Shown piece by piece: positions 24,813 through 34,067 of a stretch of 64,000 nt of DNA. The translations under genes were made by a program, and so were the position numbers. This DNA is from Burkholderiales bacterium. Its GTDB lineage: Bacteria; Pseudomonadota; Gammaproteobacteria; Burkholderiales; Burkholderiaceae_C. The first letter of the stretch is position 1. Each line of letters starts with the position of its first letter. The DNA is taken from contig JAABRA010000331.1 of the NCBI GenBank assembly GCA_011391155.1, forward strand, positions 43 through 64,042, written 5' to 3'. Below the pieces are notes generated by a model. The model was given only the letters and a program-made list of their open reading frames with translations, ran no database searches and was not told where the DNA came from.

Positions 24813-26042
24813 ATGCACCCACTGTCGCTTGAAAAAGCCAAAATCCGTTTTTTATTGCTCGAAGGCGTACACCCCAACGCACTCACGGTTTTGAACAACC
24901 AGGGCTACACGAATATCGAATCCCTGCGCACCGGTCTGGACGAAGATGCGCTGATCGAAAAAATCCGGGACGTTCACTTTGTGGGCATTCGCTCGCGCAC
25001 CCAGATCACCGAGAAAGTGCTGCAAGCGGCCCACAAGCTGACCGCCATTGGCTGCTTTTGCATCGGCACCAACCAGGTGGATTTGCGCGCGGCCATGGCG
25101 CTGGGGATTCCGGTTTTTAATGCGCCCTACTCCAACACCCGCTCAGTGGCCGAATTGGTGCTGGCGGAAACCATTTTGCTGCTGCGCGGCATTCCAGAAA
25201 AAAATGCGCTGGTGCACCGGGGTGGCTGGACCAAGCTGGCCGAGGGGTCTTTTGAGGCCCGGGGGAAAACGCTGGGCATTGTGGGCTACGGCAACATCGG
25301 CAGCCAGCTGTCGGTGCTGGCCGAATCGCTGGGTATGCAGGTGATCTATTACGATGTACTCACCAAACTGCCACTGGGCAATGCCCGGCAAATGGGTACG
25401 CTGCAAGAGTTGCTGGCGCAGGCCGACGTGGTGACTTTGCATGTGCCAGAGCTTGCCTCCACCCACACCATGATGGGTGCGCCGCAGTTTGCCGCCATGA
25501 AACCCGGCAGCGTGTTCATCAACGCCGCGCGCGGCACCTGCGTGGACATTGCGGCGCTGGCGGGCGCATTGGAAAGCAGCCATATCGCCGGGGCAGCGAT
25601 TGACGTGTTTCCCAAAGAGCCCAAATCCAACGATGAAACGTTCGAGTCGGCGCTACGCACATTCGACAACGTGATTTTGACCCCGCATATCGGCGGCTCA
25701 ACCCTGGAGGCGCAGGCCAATATCGGGCTGGAAGTGGCCGAGAAATTGGTGCGCTATTCCGATACCGGCAGCACGCTCTCGGCGGTCAACTTCCCCGAGG
25801 TGGCCGTGCCCTTGCTGGCGGGCAAACACCGCTTGCTGCACATCCACCGCAACATTCCCGGTGTCCTGTCGGCCATCAACCGCATCTTTGCCGAGAACAG
25901 CATCAACATCTCCGCCCAAAGCCTGATGACCAACGATGCGATTGGCTACCTGGTGATGGACGTGGATGCAGGCTGCTCCACGGTTGCCTTGCACAAGCTG
26001 CAGGAAATTGACGGCACGATTCGTTCGCGGGTGCTGTACTGA
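24813..26042 (+). CDS. serA: D-3-phosphoglycerate dehydrogenase (with C-terminal ACT domain)
   Basis: It is colinear with enterobacterial SerA from MHPLSLEKAKIRFLLLEGVH. Further matches are IGCFCIGTNQVDL, VFNAPYSNTRSVAELV, GIVGYGNIGSQL, TPHIGGSTLEAQ and AVNFPEV, to the C-terminal IRSRVLY. Confidence 0.95.
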   Translation: MHPLSLEKAKIRFLLLEGVHPNALTVLNNQGYTNIESLRTGLDEDALIEKIRDVHFVGIRSRTQITEKVLQAAHKLTAIGCFCIGTNQVDLRAAMALGIPVFNAPYSNTRSVAELVLAETILLLRGIPEKNALVHRGGWTKLAEGSFEARGKTLGIVGYGNIGSQLSVLAESLGMQVIYYDVLTKLPLGNARQMGTLQELLAQADVVTLHVPELASTHTMMGAPQFAAMKPGSVFINAARGTCVDIAALAGALESSHIAGAAIDVFPKEPKSNDETFESALRTFDNVILTPHIGGSTLEAQANIGLEVAEKLVRYSDTGSTLSAVNFPEVAVPLLAGKHRLLHIHRNIPGVLSAINRIFAENSINISAQSLMTNDAIGYLVMDVDAGCSTVALHKLQEIDGTIRSRVLY

Positions 26043-26161
26043 AGCCCGCCGGGTGCAGGCCTATACCGGGTGCCCCTGCGCGAGGTGGTTGGCAAGGAGC
26101 GTGCGCCCGACGGCATTCCGGCTTTCAGTCGATGGCTAATTTACTCCGGAATGAGTAGCAC

Positions 26162-26197
26162 ATAGCGACCCTTTCGCAATGGCTATGGCCGGATTTA
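26162..26197 (+). repeat. dispersed intergenic repeat, short degenerate copy
   Basis: ATAGCGACCCTTTCGCAATGGCTATGGCCGGATTTATC has an AGCGACCC..CGC..TGG pattern like the copy at 8698. It lies between the convergent serA and ubiD genes. Confidence 0.35.
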
Positions 26198-26199
26198 TC

Positions 26200-27684
26200 T
26201 TACAAACCCAGTGCCACAAAGAGGTCATCCATGCGGCGTTGCACCTCAACGTCCATGGTGAGGGGGCGACCCCACTCGCGCTGGGTCTCGCCAGACCACT
26301 TGCTGGTGGCATCCAGGCCCATCTTGCTGCCAAGGCCGCTGACGGGGGATGCGAAGTCCAGGTAGTCGATGGGCGTGTTCTCCACCATCATCGTGTCGCG
26401 CACCGGGTCGACGCGGGTGGTGATGGCCCAGATGACTTCGCGCCAGTCGCGGATGTCCACATCCTCGTCGACCACCACGATGAACTTGGTGTACATGAAC
26501 TGGCGCAGGTGGCTCCACACGCCCATCATCACGCGCCGAGCATGGCCGGGGTAGGCCTTGCGGATCTGCACCAGCGCCATCCGGTAGCTGCAGCCCTCGG
26601 GCGGCAGGTAGAAGTCGGTGACCTCGGGAAACTGGCGCTGCAGCAGCGGCACGAACAGCTCGTTCATCGCCAGCGCCAGCACCGCCGGCTCGTCGGGCGG
26701 CTTGCCGGTGTAGGTGGAGTGGTAGATCGGGTCGCGGCGCAGGGTGATGCGGTCGATGGTGAACACCGGGAACTCGGCCTGCTCGTTGTAGTAGCCGGTG
26801 TGGTCGCCGAACGGGCCTTCCAGTGCGTGCTCATAGCCGGTCTTGTGCGTGGCGTCGGGCCGGATGCTGCCCTCCAACACGATTTCCGCGGTGGCCGGCA
26901 CCTGCAGCGTGCTGCCCAGCGCCGCGACCACCTCGGTGCGGCTGCCGCGCAGCAGGCCGGCGAACTGGTATTCAGACAGGCTGTCGGGCACCGGCGTGAC
27001 CGCGCCCAGGATGGTCGCCGGGTCGGCGCCCAGCGCCACCGCCACCGGGTAGGGCTCGCCGGGATGCGCAATGCCGTGCTCGCGGAAGTCCTGCGCGCCG
27101 CCACGGTGCGCCAGCCAGCGCATGATGAGCTGGTTGCGCGAGAGCACCTGCTGGCGGTAGATGCCCAGGTTCTGGCGCGACTTGTTCGGCCCGCGCGTGA
27201 TCACCAGCCCCCAGGTGATCAGCGGCGCCACGTCGCCCGGCCAGCAGTGTTGCACCGGCAGGCGCGCCAGGTCCACGTCCGCGCCTTCCCACACCACGTC
27301 CTGGCAGGGGGCCGAACCCGCCACCTTGGGCGTCATGTGCCACAGCGTCTTGAGCAGCCCGCCCAGGCCCAGCATGTCCTTGAAGCCCTTGGGCGCCTCA
27401 GGCTCCTTGAGGTTGGCCAGCAGTTCGCCGAACGCCCGCAGTTCGCGCACGTCGGCCACGCCCATGGCGCGCGCCACGCGGGCCGTGGTGCCAAACAGGT
27501 TGCCCAGCACCGGCATGCTGTGCCCCGTGGGCTGCTCGAACAGCAGCGCCGGGCCATTGGCGCGCAAGGCCCGGTCGCACAGCGCGGTCATCTCCAGATA
27601 GGGTGACACGGGTACGGACACCCGCCGCAGTTCACCCGCGGCTTCCAGCTGGGCCATGAAATCGCGCAGGTCGTGGTAGGCCAT
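26200..27684 (-). CDS. ubiD: 4-hydroxy-3-polyprenylbenzoate decarboxylase
   Basis: The start is [52 protein letters not shown]. Further matches are NLGIYRQQV and the C-terminal [16 protein letters not shown]. Confidence 0.93.
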   Translation of the reverse strand: MAYHDLRDFMAQLEAAGELRRVSVPVSPYLEMTALCDRALRANGPALLFEQPTGHSMPVLGNLFGTTARVARAMGVADVRELRAFGELLANLKEPEAPKGFKDMLGLGGLLKTLWHMTPKVAGSAPCQDVVWEGADVDLARLPVQHCWPGDVAPLITWGLVITRGPNKSRQNLGIYRQQVLSRNQLIMRWLAHRGGAQDFREHGIAHPGEPYPVAVALGADPATILGAVTPVPDSLSEYQFAGLLRGSRTEVVAALGSTLQVPATAEIVLEGSIRPDATHKTGYEHALEGPFGDHTGYYNEQAEFPVFTIDRITLRRDPIYHSTYTGKPPDEPAVLALAMNELFVPLLQRQFPEVTDFYLPPEGCSYRMALVQIRKAYPGHARRVMMGVWSHLRQFMYTKFIVVVDEDVDIRDWREVIWAITTRVDPVRDTMMVENTPIDYLDFASPVSGLGSKMGLDATSKWSGETQREWGRPLTMDVEVQRRMDDLFVALGL

Positions 27685-27691
27685 GTCGGCT

Positions 27692-28294
27692 TCAGCCCGC
27701 GGTGTCCAGCCCGTCCCAGCGCGGTGCCAGGGTCTGCGGCAGGTTCGGCAGGTCCAGCAGGTCAACGACCCGTGACACGGTATGGTTCACGATGTCCGCG
27801 ACCGTCTGCGGGCGCTGGTAGAACGCCGGGACTGGTGGAAACACGATGGCGCCCATCTCCGTGACGCTGACCATGTTGCGCAGGTGCGCCAGGTTCAGCG
27901 GCGTCTCGCGCGCCAGCAGCACCAGGCGGCGGCGCTCCTTCAGCATCACGTCGGCGGCGCGGGTGATCAGGTTGTCCGACAGACCGTGCGCCACCGCCGC
28001 CAGCGTGCGCATGGAGCACGGCGCGATGACCATGCCGTGGCTCTGGAACGAGCCGCTGGCCAGGGCTGCGCCCACGTCGCGCGCATCATGCAGCCGGTGC
28101 GCCAGCGCGGCCACGGCCTCGCGGTCCAGTTCCAGCTCGTGCCACAGGTTCAACCAGCCGGCGTCGGACACGGTGAGGTGGATTTCCACGCCGGGCAGCG
28201 CACGCAATACCTGCAGCAGGCGCACGCCGTAGACCGCGCCACTGGCGCCGGAAATTCCGACGATGATGCGGCGCGGGGGAAGGGTGTCTGGCAT
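27692..28294 (-). CDS. ubiX: flavin prenyltransferase
   Basis: Matching stretches are [49 protein letters not shown] and [16 protein letters not shown]. Confidence 0.93.
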   Translation of the reverse strand: MPDTLPPRRIIVGISGASGAVYGVRLLQVLRALPGVEIHLTVSDAGWLNLWHELELDREAVAALAHRLHDARDVGAALASGSFQSHGMVIAPCSMRTLAAVAHGLSDNLITRAADVMLKERRRLVLLARETPLNLAHLRNMVSVTEMGAIVFPPVPAFYQRPQTVADIVNHTVSRVVDLLDLPNLPQTLAPRWDGLDTAG

Positions 28295-28304
28295 GGGCGC
28301 TGCT

Positions 28305-28727
28305 TCAGGCTGCGATGGGGGTGTCAGTGGCTTTGTACGATGCCGGGGCGCCAGCCAGGGGCGCGGCCTGCAGGTCGGCCAGCACCCGCAGGGTCACGTC
28401 CTCGGCCTGAGCCGGGTCGAAGTCGGCGTGCAGGCGCTTGCGCACGCCGTAGTCCTGCAGCGCGTGGTAGCGGTCGGGCGCCACGCCATGGCGCGCCAGG
28501 CAGCTTTTGACGCAAGCCAGCGGGCAGCCGTCGAGGGCAACGATCGGGCGTCCCGAGCGGGCCAGCTTCACGAGGGACGGCACGTCGCCGCCGACACCGG
28601 CGATGCACGACATCTCGGCAGCGCCGCGACGATCGAGCTGCAAAGCGACCTGGTTGGCCAGTTGCGCCGCGCTGGAGCAGCCCGAGCACGCGTAGACCAG
28701 CGGCAAGGTTTTGACAGGACGGTGCAT
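28305..28727 (-). CDS. putative zinc-binding DGC-domain protein
   Basis: 140 aa. Matching stretches are LVYACSGCSSAAQLANQVA and ALDGCPLACVKSCL (the DGC motif). Confidence 0.7.
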   Translation of the reverse strand: MHRPVKTLPLVYACSGCSSAAQLANQVALQLDRRGAAEMSCIAGVGGDVPSLVKLARSGRPIVALDGCPLACVKSCLARHGVAPDRYHALQDYGVRKRLHADFDPAQAEDVTLRVLADLQAAPLAGAPASYKATDTPIAA

Positions 28728-28762
28728 GCGAGGCTGCCGGTGAGGGGAAGAAAGAACGAAGC

Positions 28763-29263
28763 CTATCGGGGGCCCAGCCGCTGACGCAGCCGTTCCAGCA
28801 CCGCGCGGGGATGCGGCGGACGGAACTGGCGGGGGTCGAACACGGGAAATTCCATCGCATCCAGCGAATTCTTGACCATCAGGCCCAGTTCGGTGTCGCC
28901 TTCCATCGACAAGCGGCGGCTGAAGAACAGGGTGTCGGGGTCTTGTTCGCGCCGGGCCAGCGCCACGAAGTCGCGGGCGTTGGCGCTGATGGTCAGGTCA
29001 GGGGATTCGACCTGGCTGCGCGGGGCAAAACTGCCGCCGGTCCAGGCGAAGTCGAAGGACAGCTTGGCATCGCGCACATGGATGCGCAGGCGACGATCCT
29101 GCAGGGCCTGCCGCACGTCGCCCGGCAGCTGGCGCGCCAGTGCCAGGTTCAGGGCGGTGACAAACAGCAGCGAGCCGGGCCACGCGGGCAGGCGCCCCAG
29201 GAGTTCACCCACGGGCGCGGGGAGCGTGAAGGCAGCCGGTTGGGGGTGCGGGGGATTCATCAT
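28763..29263 (-). CDS. ubiT: SCP2-domain ubiquinone biosynthesis accessory factor (UbiT/YhbT-like)
   Basis: Starts at MMNPPHPQP... SCP2-like stretches are LRIHVRDAKLSFDFAW and DLTISANARDFVALARREQDPDTLFFSRRLSMEGDTELGLMVKN. It lies directly downstream of ubiU-ubiV. Confidence 0.75.
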   Translation of the reverse strand: MMNPPHPQPAAFTLPAPVGELLGRLPAWPGSLLFVTALNLALARQLPGDVRQALQDRRLRIHVRDAKLSFDFAWTGGSFAPRSQVESPDLTISANARDFVALARREQDPDTLFFSRRLSMEGDTELGLMVKNSLDAMEFPVFDPRQFRPPHPRAVLERLRQRLGPR

Positions 29264-29297
29264 GGGCGTTCCTTCAAAAAGCGCAGGGCCGTCCGGC

Positions 29298-30191
29298 TCA
29301 GGCTGCGGCGAGCTGCGCCATGCCGGCCTCGCCATGCCAGTAGCCGTTGCAGGCGGTGCCGGGAAGCAGCGGCGCCATGCGCGCCTGGGCCTCCGGCGGG
29401 GACAGGCGGCCGTCCAGCGCGTCACGCCACAGGGCGATCAGCTCCAGCATGTGCTGTGACTGCGGGCTCAGGCGCAGCACGTCCACGCCCAATGCCCGCA
29501 GCGCCGGCAGTTCAGCCACCAGGTTGCTCACCCGTGCGGACTGGGTCTGGATGCCGTTGAGCACGAGGAAATCCTCGCCTTCGCGGGTCCGCAGCATCAG
29601 GCCATCGGGATCGGCCAGGCAGCTGAACTGGCAATCGTCCTTGGGCTGGTTGTGGTGGCGCGCCGTGAAGCAGCGGGCCGAGAACGCCAGCGGCATGCGC
29701 CCCAGGGCAAACACCTCGGTTTGCAGGCCTGGCGGGCGGGCGGCCTGCAGCAGGGCCAGGTCAGCGTGGCCCATTTCCAGCGGCATGACCCAGCGCAGGG
29801 CGCCCAGGCCCGCCATCCACTGCAGCGTGGGCGGGTTGTAGATGTTGAGATGCGGGCCGGCCACAAACGGCACACGCGAGGCCAGCGCCTGCACTGCGCC
29901 CATGTCATTGGCCTCGACGGTGAAGTCGCCGTTGGCGGTGATGCGGTGCAGGGTGGTCGCGTCGGGCCCCGATTCGATCAGCACCTGGGTGGACAGCACG
30001 ACCTCCTTGCCGGCTTCGCGCAGCTTCGAGGCCACGGCCAGCCAGTCGGCCAGGCGCAGTTCGTGGCGGCGCGAGCAGACTGCCTCGCCGAGATAGACCA
30101 CATCCACCGGCGCGGCGGCTACGGCCTCGTAGAAATGCAGCACGGTGTCGCGCGGCCAGTAATACAGCAGGGGACCGAGGGCGAGTTTCAT
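29298..30191 (-). CDS. ubiV: U32-family O2-independent ubiquinone hydroxylase subunit (UbiV/YhbV-like)
   Basis: MKLALGPLLYYWPRDTVLHFYEA... is colinear with E. coli YhbV (MKYSLGPVLWYWPKE...). Conserved cysteines are present (AVCSRR; ARCFTARHHNQPKDDCQFSC). The alternative start at 30227 gives an ATGA overlap with the ubiU stop. Confidence 0.85.
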   Translation of the reverse strand: MKLALGPLLYYWPRDTVLHFYEAVAAAPVDVVYLGEAVCSRRHELRLADWLAVASKLREAGKEVVLSTQVLIESGPDATTLHRITANGDFTVEANDMGAVQALASRVPFVAGPHLNIYNPPTLQWMAGLGALRWVMPLEMGHADLALLQAARPPGLQTEVFALGRMPLAFSARCFTARHHNQPKDDCQFSCLADPDGLMLRTREGEDFLVLNGIQTQSARVSNLVAELPALRALGVDVLRLSPQSQHMLELIALWRDALDGRLSPPEAQARMAPLLPGTACNGYWHGEAGMAQLAAA

Positions 30192-30223
30192 GGGGTAGGC
30201 GACCGGTTGGGCAGGTGCGAGGT

Positions 30224-31285
30224 TCATTTCCAGGGCCGGTGGTAGGCGCCCAGCGTCTGCTGCTGGCCTTCGGCCACCGCGCCCAGTGCCGCCATCCAGT
30301 CCGACTTCGGCGTGTAGCGGTGCGGGTTGGTGCGGCAGTGATCGATGGCCTCGCGCCAGACCTGGGTGACCTGCGCCACGTAGGCGGGGCTGCGCTGGCG
30401 GCCCTCGATCTTGATGGCGCGCACGCCCATGGCCATCAGCTGGGGCAGCAGCGCCAGGGTGTTCAGGCTGGTCGGTTCCTCGATGGCGTAGTAGCCATCG
30501 TCCTGCACCTCGCCGACGTCGAAGCGGCCCTTGCACAGCGTGGGGTAGCCGGCGTTTTCGCCGGCGCCATAGCGGTCGATCAGCACGCCGCTCAGGCGCG
30601 ATTCCAGGCCTTTGGGCGTCTCCTGCCAGCGCACGGCCTTGGGCGGCGAGCACACGCCATGGGTGTTGGGCGCCTCGCCGGTGACGTAGGATGAAAGCGC
30701 GCAGCGCCCCTCGACCATCACGCACAGGCTGCCGAAGCCGAACACCTCGATTTCCACCGGGGTCTTGCCCACCAGTTGCTCGACCTGGGTGAGTGACAGC
30801 ACGCGCGGCAGCACGGCGCGCGCCACGCCGAACTGCGCGTGGTAGAAATTGATGGCGTCGGCGTGTGTGGCCGAGCCCTGCACCGACAGGTGCAGCCGCA
30901 GCGACGGATGGCGCGCCACGGTGTACTGCATCAGGCCGGGGTCGGCCATGATGACGGCGTCCACGCCCATGTCAGCGGCGCGGTCCACGGCGCGGCGCCA
31001 GAGCTCCACGCCGCCGGCCTGCGGGTAGGTATTGAGGGCCACCAGCACTTTACGGCCGCGCTCGTGCGCGTAGCGGATGCCCGTGGCGATGGCTGCGTCG
31101 TCGAAGTTCAGGCCGGCGAAGTTGCGGGCGTTGGTGGCGTCGCGAAAACCGAGATAGACGCAGTCGGCGCCGTGGTCCACCGCGGCTTTCAGCGCGGGCA
31201 GGCTGCCGGCCGGGCAGACCAGTTCCATGGGCGCAGGCGCGGTGACGGGGGCCTGCGCACGGGCGGGGTCAGCGAGGGAAGTCAT
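30224..31285 (-). CDS. ubiU: U32-family O2-independent ubiquinone hydroxylase subunit (UbiU/YhbU-like)
   Basis: It is colinear with E. coli YhbU from MELVCPAGSLPALKAAVDHGADCVYLG. Conserved cysteines are present (GSLCVMVEGRCALSSY, HGVCSP, YPTLCKGR), and the C terminus is TLGAYHRPWK. The start is uncertain: 31285 or 31228. Confidence 0.85.
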   Translation of the reverse strand: MTSLADPARAQAPVTAPAPMELVCPAGSLPALKAAVDHGADCVYLGFRDATNARNFAGLNFDDAAIATGIRYAHERGRKVLVALNTYPQAGGVELWRRAVDRAADMGVDAVIMADPGLMQYTVARHPSLRLHLSVQGSATHADAINFYHAQFGVARAVLPRVLSLTQVEQLVGKTPVEIEVFGFGSLCVMVEGRCALSSYVTGEAPNTHGVCSPPKAVRWQETPKGLESRLSGVLIDRYGAGENAGYPTLCKGRFDVGEVQDDGYYAIEEPTSLNTLALLPQLMAMGVRAIKIEGRQRSPAYVAQVTQVWREAIDHCRTNPHRYTPKSDWMAALGAVAEGQQQTLGAYHRPWK

Positions 31286-31436
31286 CGATTGAAGGCCTTG
31301 GCAGGACAGGGACGGGAGGCGTGCGAGCGCCGATGGGCGGGCGAGTGCCACGCTAACAGGGGACTTGACCACCGCCGTTGACGCAGGTCAACGTCCGGGG
31401 CAATCGCCGGATGCGATCGTGGCATTTCGACCCCGC

Positions 31437-31718
31437 TCAGCGTCGGACGAAGTCGATCATCACGCCACTGACGTTGCGCTCCCGGTAGGTCACCTCGACC
31501 GACTCGCCGTAGCGGGCTTGCAGCTGCTGCAGCAGCGGGATCGGGTCATGGTCGTTGACGAAGCGCATGGTTTCACCGGCCTTCAGCGCATCCAGCGCCC
31601 CGAAGATGGCAGCGTGGCGGAAGCGCTTGGCGATGCCGCGCGCGTCAAATGGATAAATGGCGTCGGGCGAGAGGTGCGCGTGGGGCTGCAGGTTTTGCAG
31701 GGGTTGCAGGGTGGACAT
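31437..31718 (-). CDS. DUF2249-domain protein
   Basis: 93 aa starting from an ATG preceded by AGGAG. FDARGIAKRFRHAAIFGALDALKAGETMRFVNDHDPIPLLQQLQARYGE is typical of DUF2249. Confidence 0.7.
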   Translation of the reverse strand: MSTLQPLQNLQPHAHLSPDAIYPFDARGIAKRFRHAAIFGALDALKAGETMRFVNDHDPIPLLQQLQARYGESVEVTYRERNVSGVMIDFVRR

Positions 31719-31776
31719 GGGAGCTCCTGGAGGGGGTGGAAAAACAGGGGGGAACGGATGATGTTGCGGACGGGCT

Positions 31777-32100
31777 TCAGCGCTCGAGCGCGTCCCGCTT
31801 GAACTTGACGACCGACCAGGTCTCGGCATCCGGCAGGGCCGGTTTGCTGCGCGTGATGGGCTTCCACTGCCGTGCGAGCTCCGCGTTCAGCGGCGTGAAA
31901 ACGCGCTGGTCGGGTGGCACGTCTTCTTCGGCGTAGATCGCCTCCACCGGACATTCGGGCACACACACCGCGCAGTCGATGCAATCGTCAGGATCAATCG
32001 CCAGGAAGTTCGGCCCTTCACGAAAGGCATCGGTCGGGCAGACATCGACGCAGTCGGTGTACTTGCAGCGAATGCAGGACTCGGTCACGACAAAGGTCAT
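31777..32100 (-). CDS. fdxA: 7Fe ferredoxin (FdxA type)
   Basis: [62 protein letters not shown] contains the [3Fe-4S] and [4Fe-4S] Cys motifs. 107 aa. Confidence 0.92.
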   Translation of the reverse strand: MTFVVTESCIRCKYTDCVDVCPTDAFREGPNFLAIDPDDCIDCAVCVPECPVEAIYAEEDVPPDQRVFTPLNAELARQWKPITRSKPALPDAETWSVVKFKRDALER

Positions 32101-32153
32101 GGCAGCGATGCCCTCAATCGTTCACGGGCGGCAGGGAGAGGCGGCGCGATCAT

Positions 32154-32174
32154 AGATTCATTTTATATGAATCT
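32154..32174. promoter_or_regulatory. perfect 8-N5-8 inverted repeat in the fdxA / MFS divergent region
   Basis: AGATTCAT-TTTAT-ATGAATCT sits in an AT-rich patch between divergent genes. Confidence 0.4.
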
Positions 32175-32303
32175 TAAATTTACCACCTTCAAACCGCGAA
32201 AGCAATATTCCCCATGCCACTTTAGGTGGCTTTCACGCTTGTCGATCCGTCGCGCGGCGACGCAAGCGGGGCCTCGCCGCGACACTTCTATAAACTGCGG
32301 CTG

Positions 32304-33476
32304 ATGAACCGAAACCTCACCTTGCTGGCTTTCTGCCAGGGCCTGTTCCTGACCAACAACGTGGTGTTCATCGCCATCAACGGCCTGGTCGGCCTGAGCC
32401 TGGCGCCGCTGGGCTGGATGGCGACACTGCCGGTCATGGGCTATGTCGTTGGCGGGGCGCTGTCCACCAGCCTGGTGGCAAAGACGCAGTCGCGTTATGG
32501 GCGGCGCATCTCGTTCCAGATCGGGCTGGGGGTTGCGCTGCTGTCGGCCCTGCTGTGCGCCTATGCGGTCTGGAGCGGCAATTTCTGGCTGCTGGTCAGT
32601 GCCACGGTGGTGGCGGGCTATTACAGCGCCAATGGGCAGCTCTACCGCTTTGCGGCCGCCGAGCTGTCAGCGCCGGCGTTCCGCGAGAAGGCGGTTTCGC
32701 TGGTGATGGCGGGCGGTTTGATCGGCGCGGTGATCGGACCGAACCTCGCGGCACGCACCAAGGGCTTGTTCGAGGTGCCTTTTGCCGGCGCTTACCTCAG
32801 CCTGGCCGTGGTGGCGGTGCTGTCCATGGCGTTGATGGCTTTCGTGCAGTTCCCGCCCGTGCCGCCCAAAGCGGCTGGCAGTTCGGCCGGACGGCCGCTG
32901 TCGGAGATCATGCGCCAGCCGGTGTTCATCGTGGCCGCTGGCAGCGCGGCATTGAGTTATGGGGTGATGAACCTGCTGATGGCCGCCACGCCGCTGGCCA
33001 TGCAGGTCTGCGGCTTTCCCTTTGCGGACGCGGCGCTGGTGCTGGAGTGGCATGTGATCGGCATGTTCGCCCCGGGCTTCTTCACCGGACACCTGATCAA
33101 GAAGTTCGGCACCCTGCCCATCATGGGTGTGGGCGTGGTGCTGAACTTCGCCTGTATCGCCGTGGCGCTGTCGGGGGTTGACCTGCACCAGTTCATCATT
33201 GCGCTGTTTCTGCTGGGCGTGGGTTGGAACTTCCTTTTCACGGGCAGCACCACGCTCTCGTTGCGCGCCTACCGGCCCGAGGAAAAGGACCGGGCACAGG
33301 CCGCCATCAATTTCTGCGTGTTTGCGACCATGGCCTTCACCTCGTTTGCCTCGGGCGCGCTGGTCACCACCCAGGGCTGGGCCTTGCTGAACCTGGGCTC
33401 GCTGCTGCCCGTGGCGCTTACCGGCGTGGCGCTGGCGTGGCTTGCGATCAAGCAGCGCGCCGTCCAGAATGCCTAG
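32304..33476 (+). CDS. MFS transporter
   Basis: The start is MNRNLTLLAFCQGLFLTNNVVFIAINGLVG. It has 12 predicted hydrophobic segments and an MFS-like loop (TQSRYGRRISFQIG). Confidence 0.85.
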   Translation: MNRNLTLLAFCQGLFLTNNVVFIAINGLVGLSLAPLGWMATLPVMGYVVGGALSTSLVAKTQSRYGRRISFQIGLGVALLSALLCAYAVWSGNFWLLVSATVVAGYYSANGQLYRFAAAELSAPAFREKAVSLVMAGGLIGAVIGPNLAARTKGLFEVPFAGAYLSLAVVAVLSMALMAFVQFPPVPPKAAGSSAGRPLSEIMRQPVFIVAAGSAALSYGVMNLLMAATPLAMQVCGFPFADAALVLEWHVIGMFAPGFFTGHLIKKFGTLPIMGVGVVLNFACIAVALSGVDLHQFIIALFLLGVGWNFLFTGSTTLSLRAYRPEEKDRAQAAINFCVFATMAFTSFASGALVTTQGWALLNLGSLLPVALTGVALAWLAIKQRAVQNA

Positions 33477-33503
33477 AATTTTCTTAACTTCACTGGAGAT
33501 GTC

Positions 33504-34013
33504 ATGGGATTGCTGGATTCAATGTTGGGCTCGGTGCTGAATGCACAGCAGGGTGGTGGGCAAGGTGGCCAGGGCGGCCTTGCCGAGGCGCTGGGCGGCC
33601 TGCTTGGCCAGGGGCAGGGCGGTGGGCAGTCAGCCGGCCTCGGGGGATTGAGCGCCTTGCTACCGGTGGTCATCGGCTTGCTGGCCAACAACGGCCAAGG
33701 CGGCGGGGGACTGGGCGGCTTGATGGAGAAGTTCAACCAGGCCGGAATGGGTGACGTTCTGGGCGCTTGGATCCGCACTGGCCCGAACCCGCCCATCAGC
33801 GGCGGGCAACTCAGCCAGGTGCTTGGCGACGACAAGATGAGCGAAATTGCGTCCCAGCTCGGCTTGACCGAGGGTGATGCGGCGGGTCAGCTGGCCCAGG
33901 TGCTGCCGGGCCTGATCGACAAGCTCACGCCGCAGGGCGCCGCCCCACAAGGTGGCTTCGGCGACGCGGGCGACCTGCTGGGCATGCTGAGTGGATTACT
34001 GCAACAAAAATAG
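33504..34013 (+). CDS. YidB/DUF937 family protein
   Basis: It has Gly/Gln-rich low-complexity regions. The conserved segments are FNQAGMGDVLGAWIRTGPNPPISGGQLSQVLG and LTEGDAAGQLAQVLPGLIDKLTPQG. Confidence 0.75.
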   Translation: MGLLDSMLGSVLNAQQGGGQGGQGGLAEALGGLLGQGQGGGQSAGLGGLSALLPVVIGLLANNGQGGGGLGGLMEKFNQAGMGDVLGAWIRTGPNPPISGGQLSQVLGDDKMSEIASQLGLTEGDAAGQLAQVLPGLIDKLTPQGAAPQGGFGDAGDLLGMLSGLLQQK

Positions 34014-34067
34014 CAAACAATGACCATTCCACGCTGGGATGGCGGCAATTCTCTTTAAAAATTGGCA
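34010..34067 (+). repeat. dispersed intergenic repeat, clear copy
   Basis: ATAGCAAACAATGACCATTCCACGCTGGGATGGCGGCAATTCTCTTTAAAAATTGGC. The TAG stop of the preceding gene lies inside the ATAGC core. It sits between convergent genes. Confidence 0.85.
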
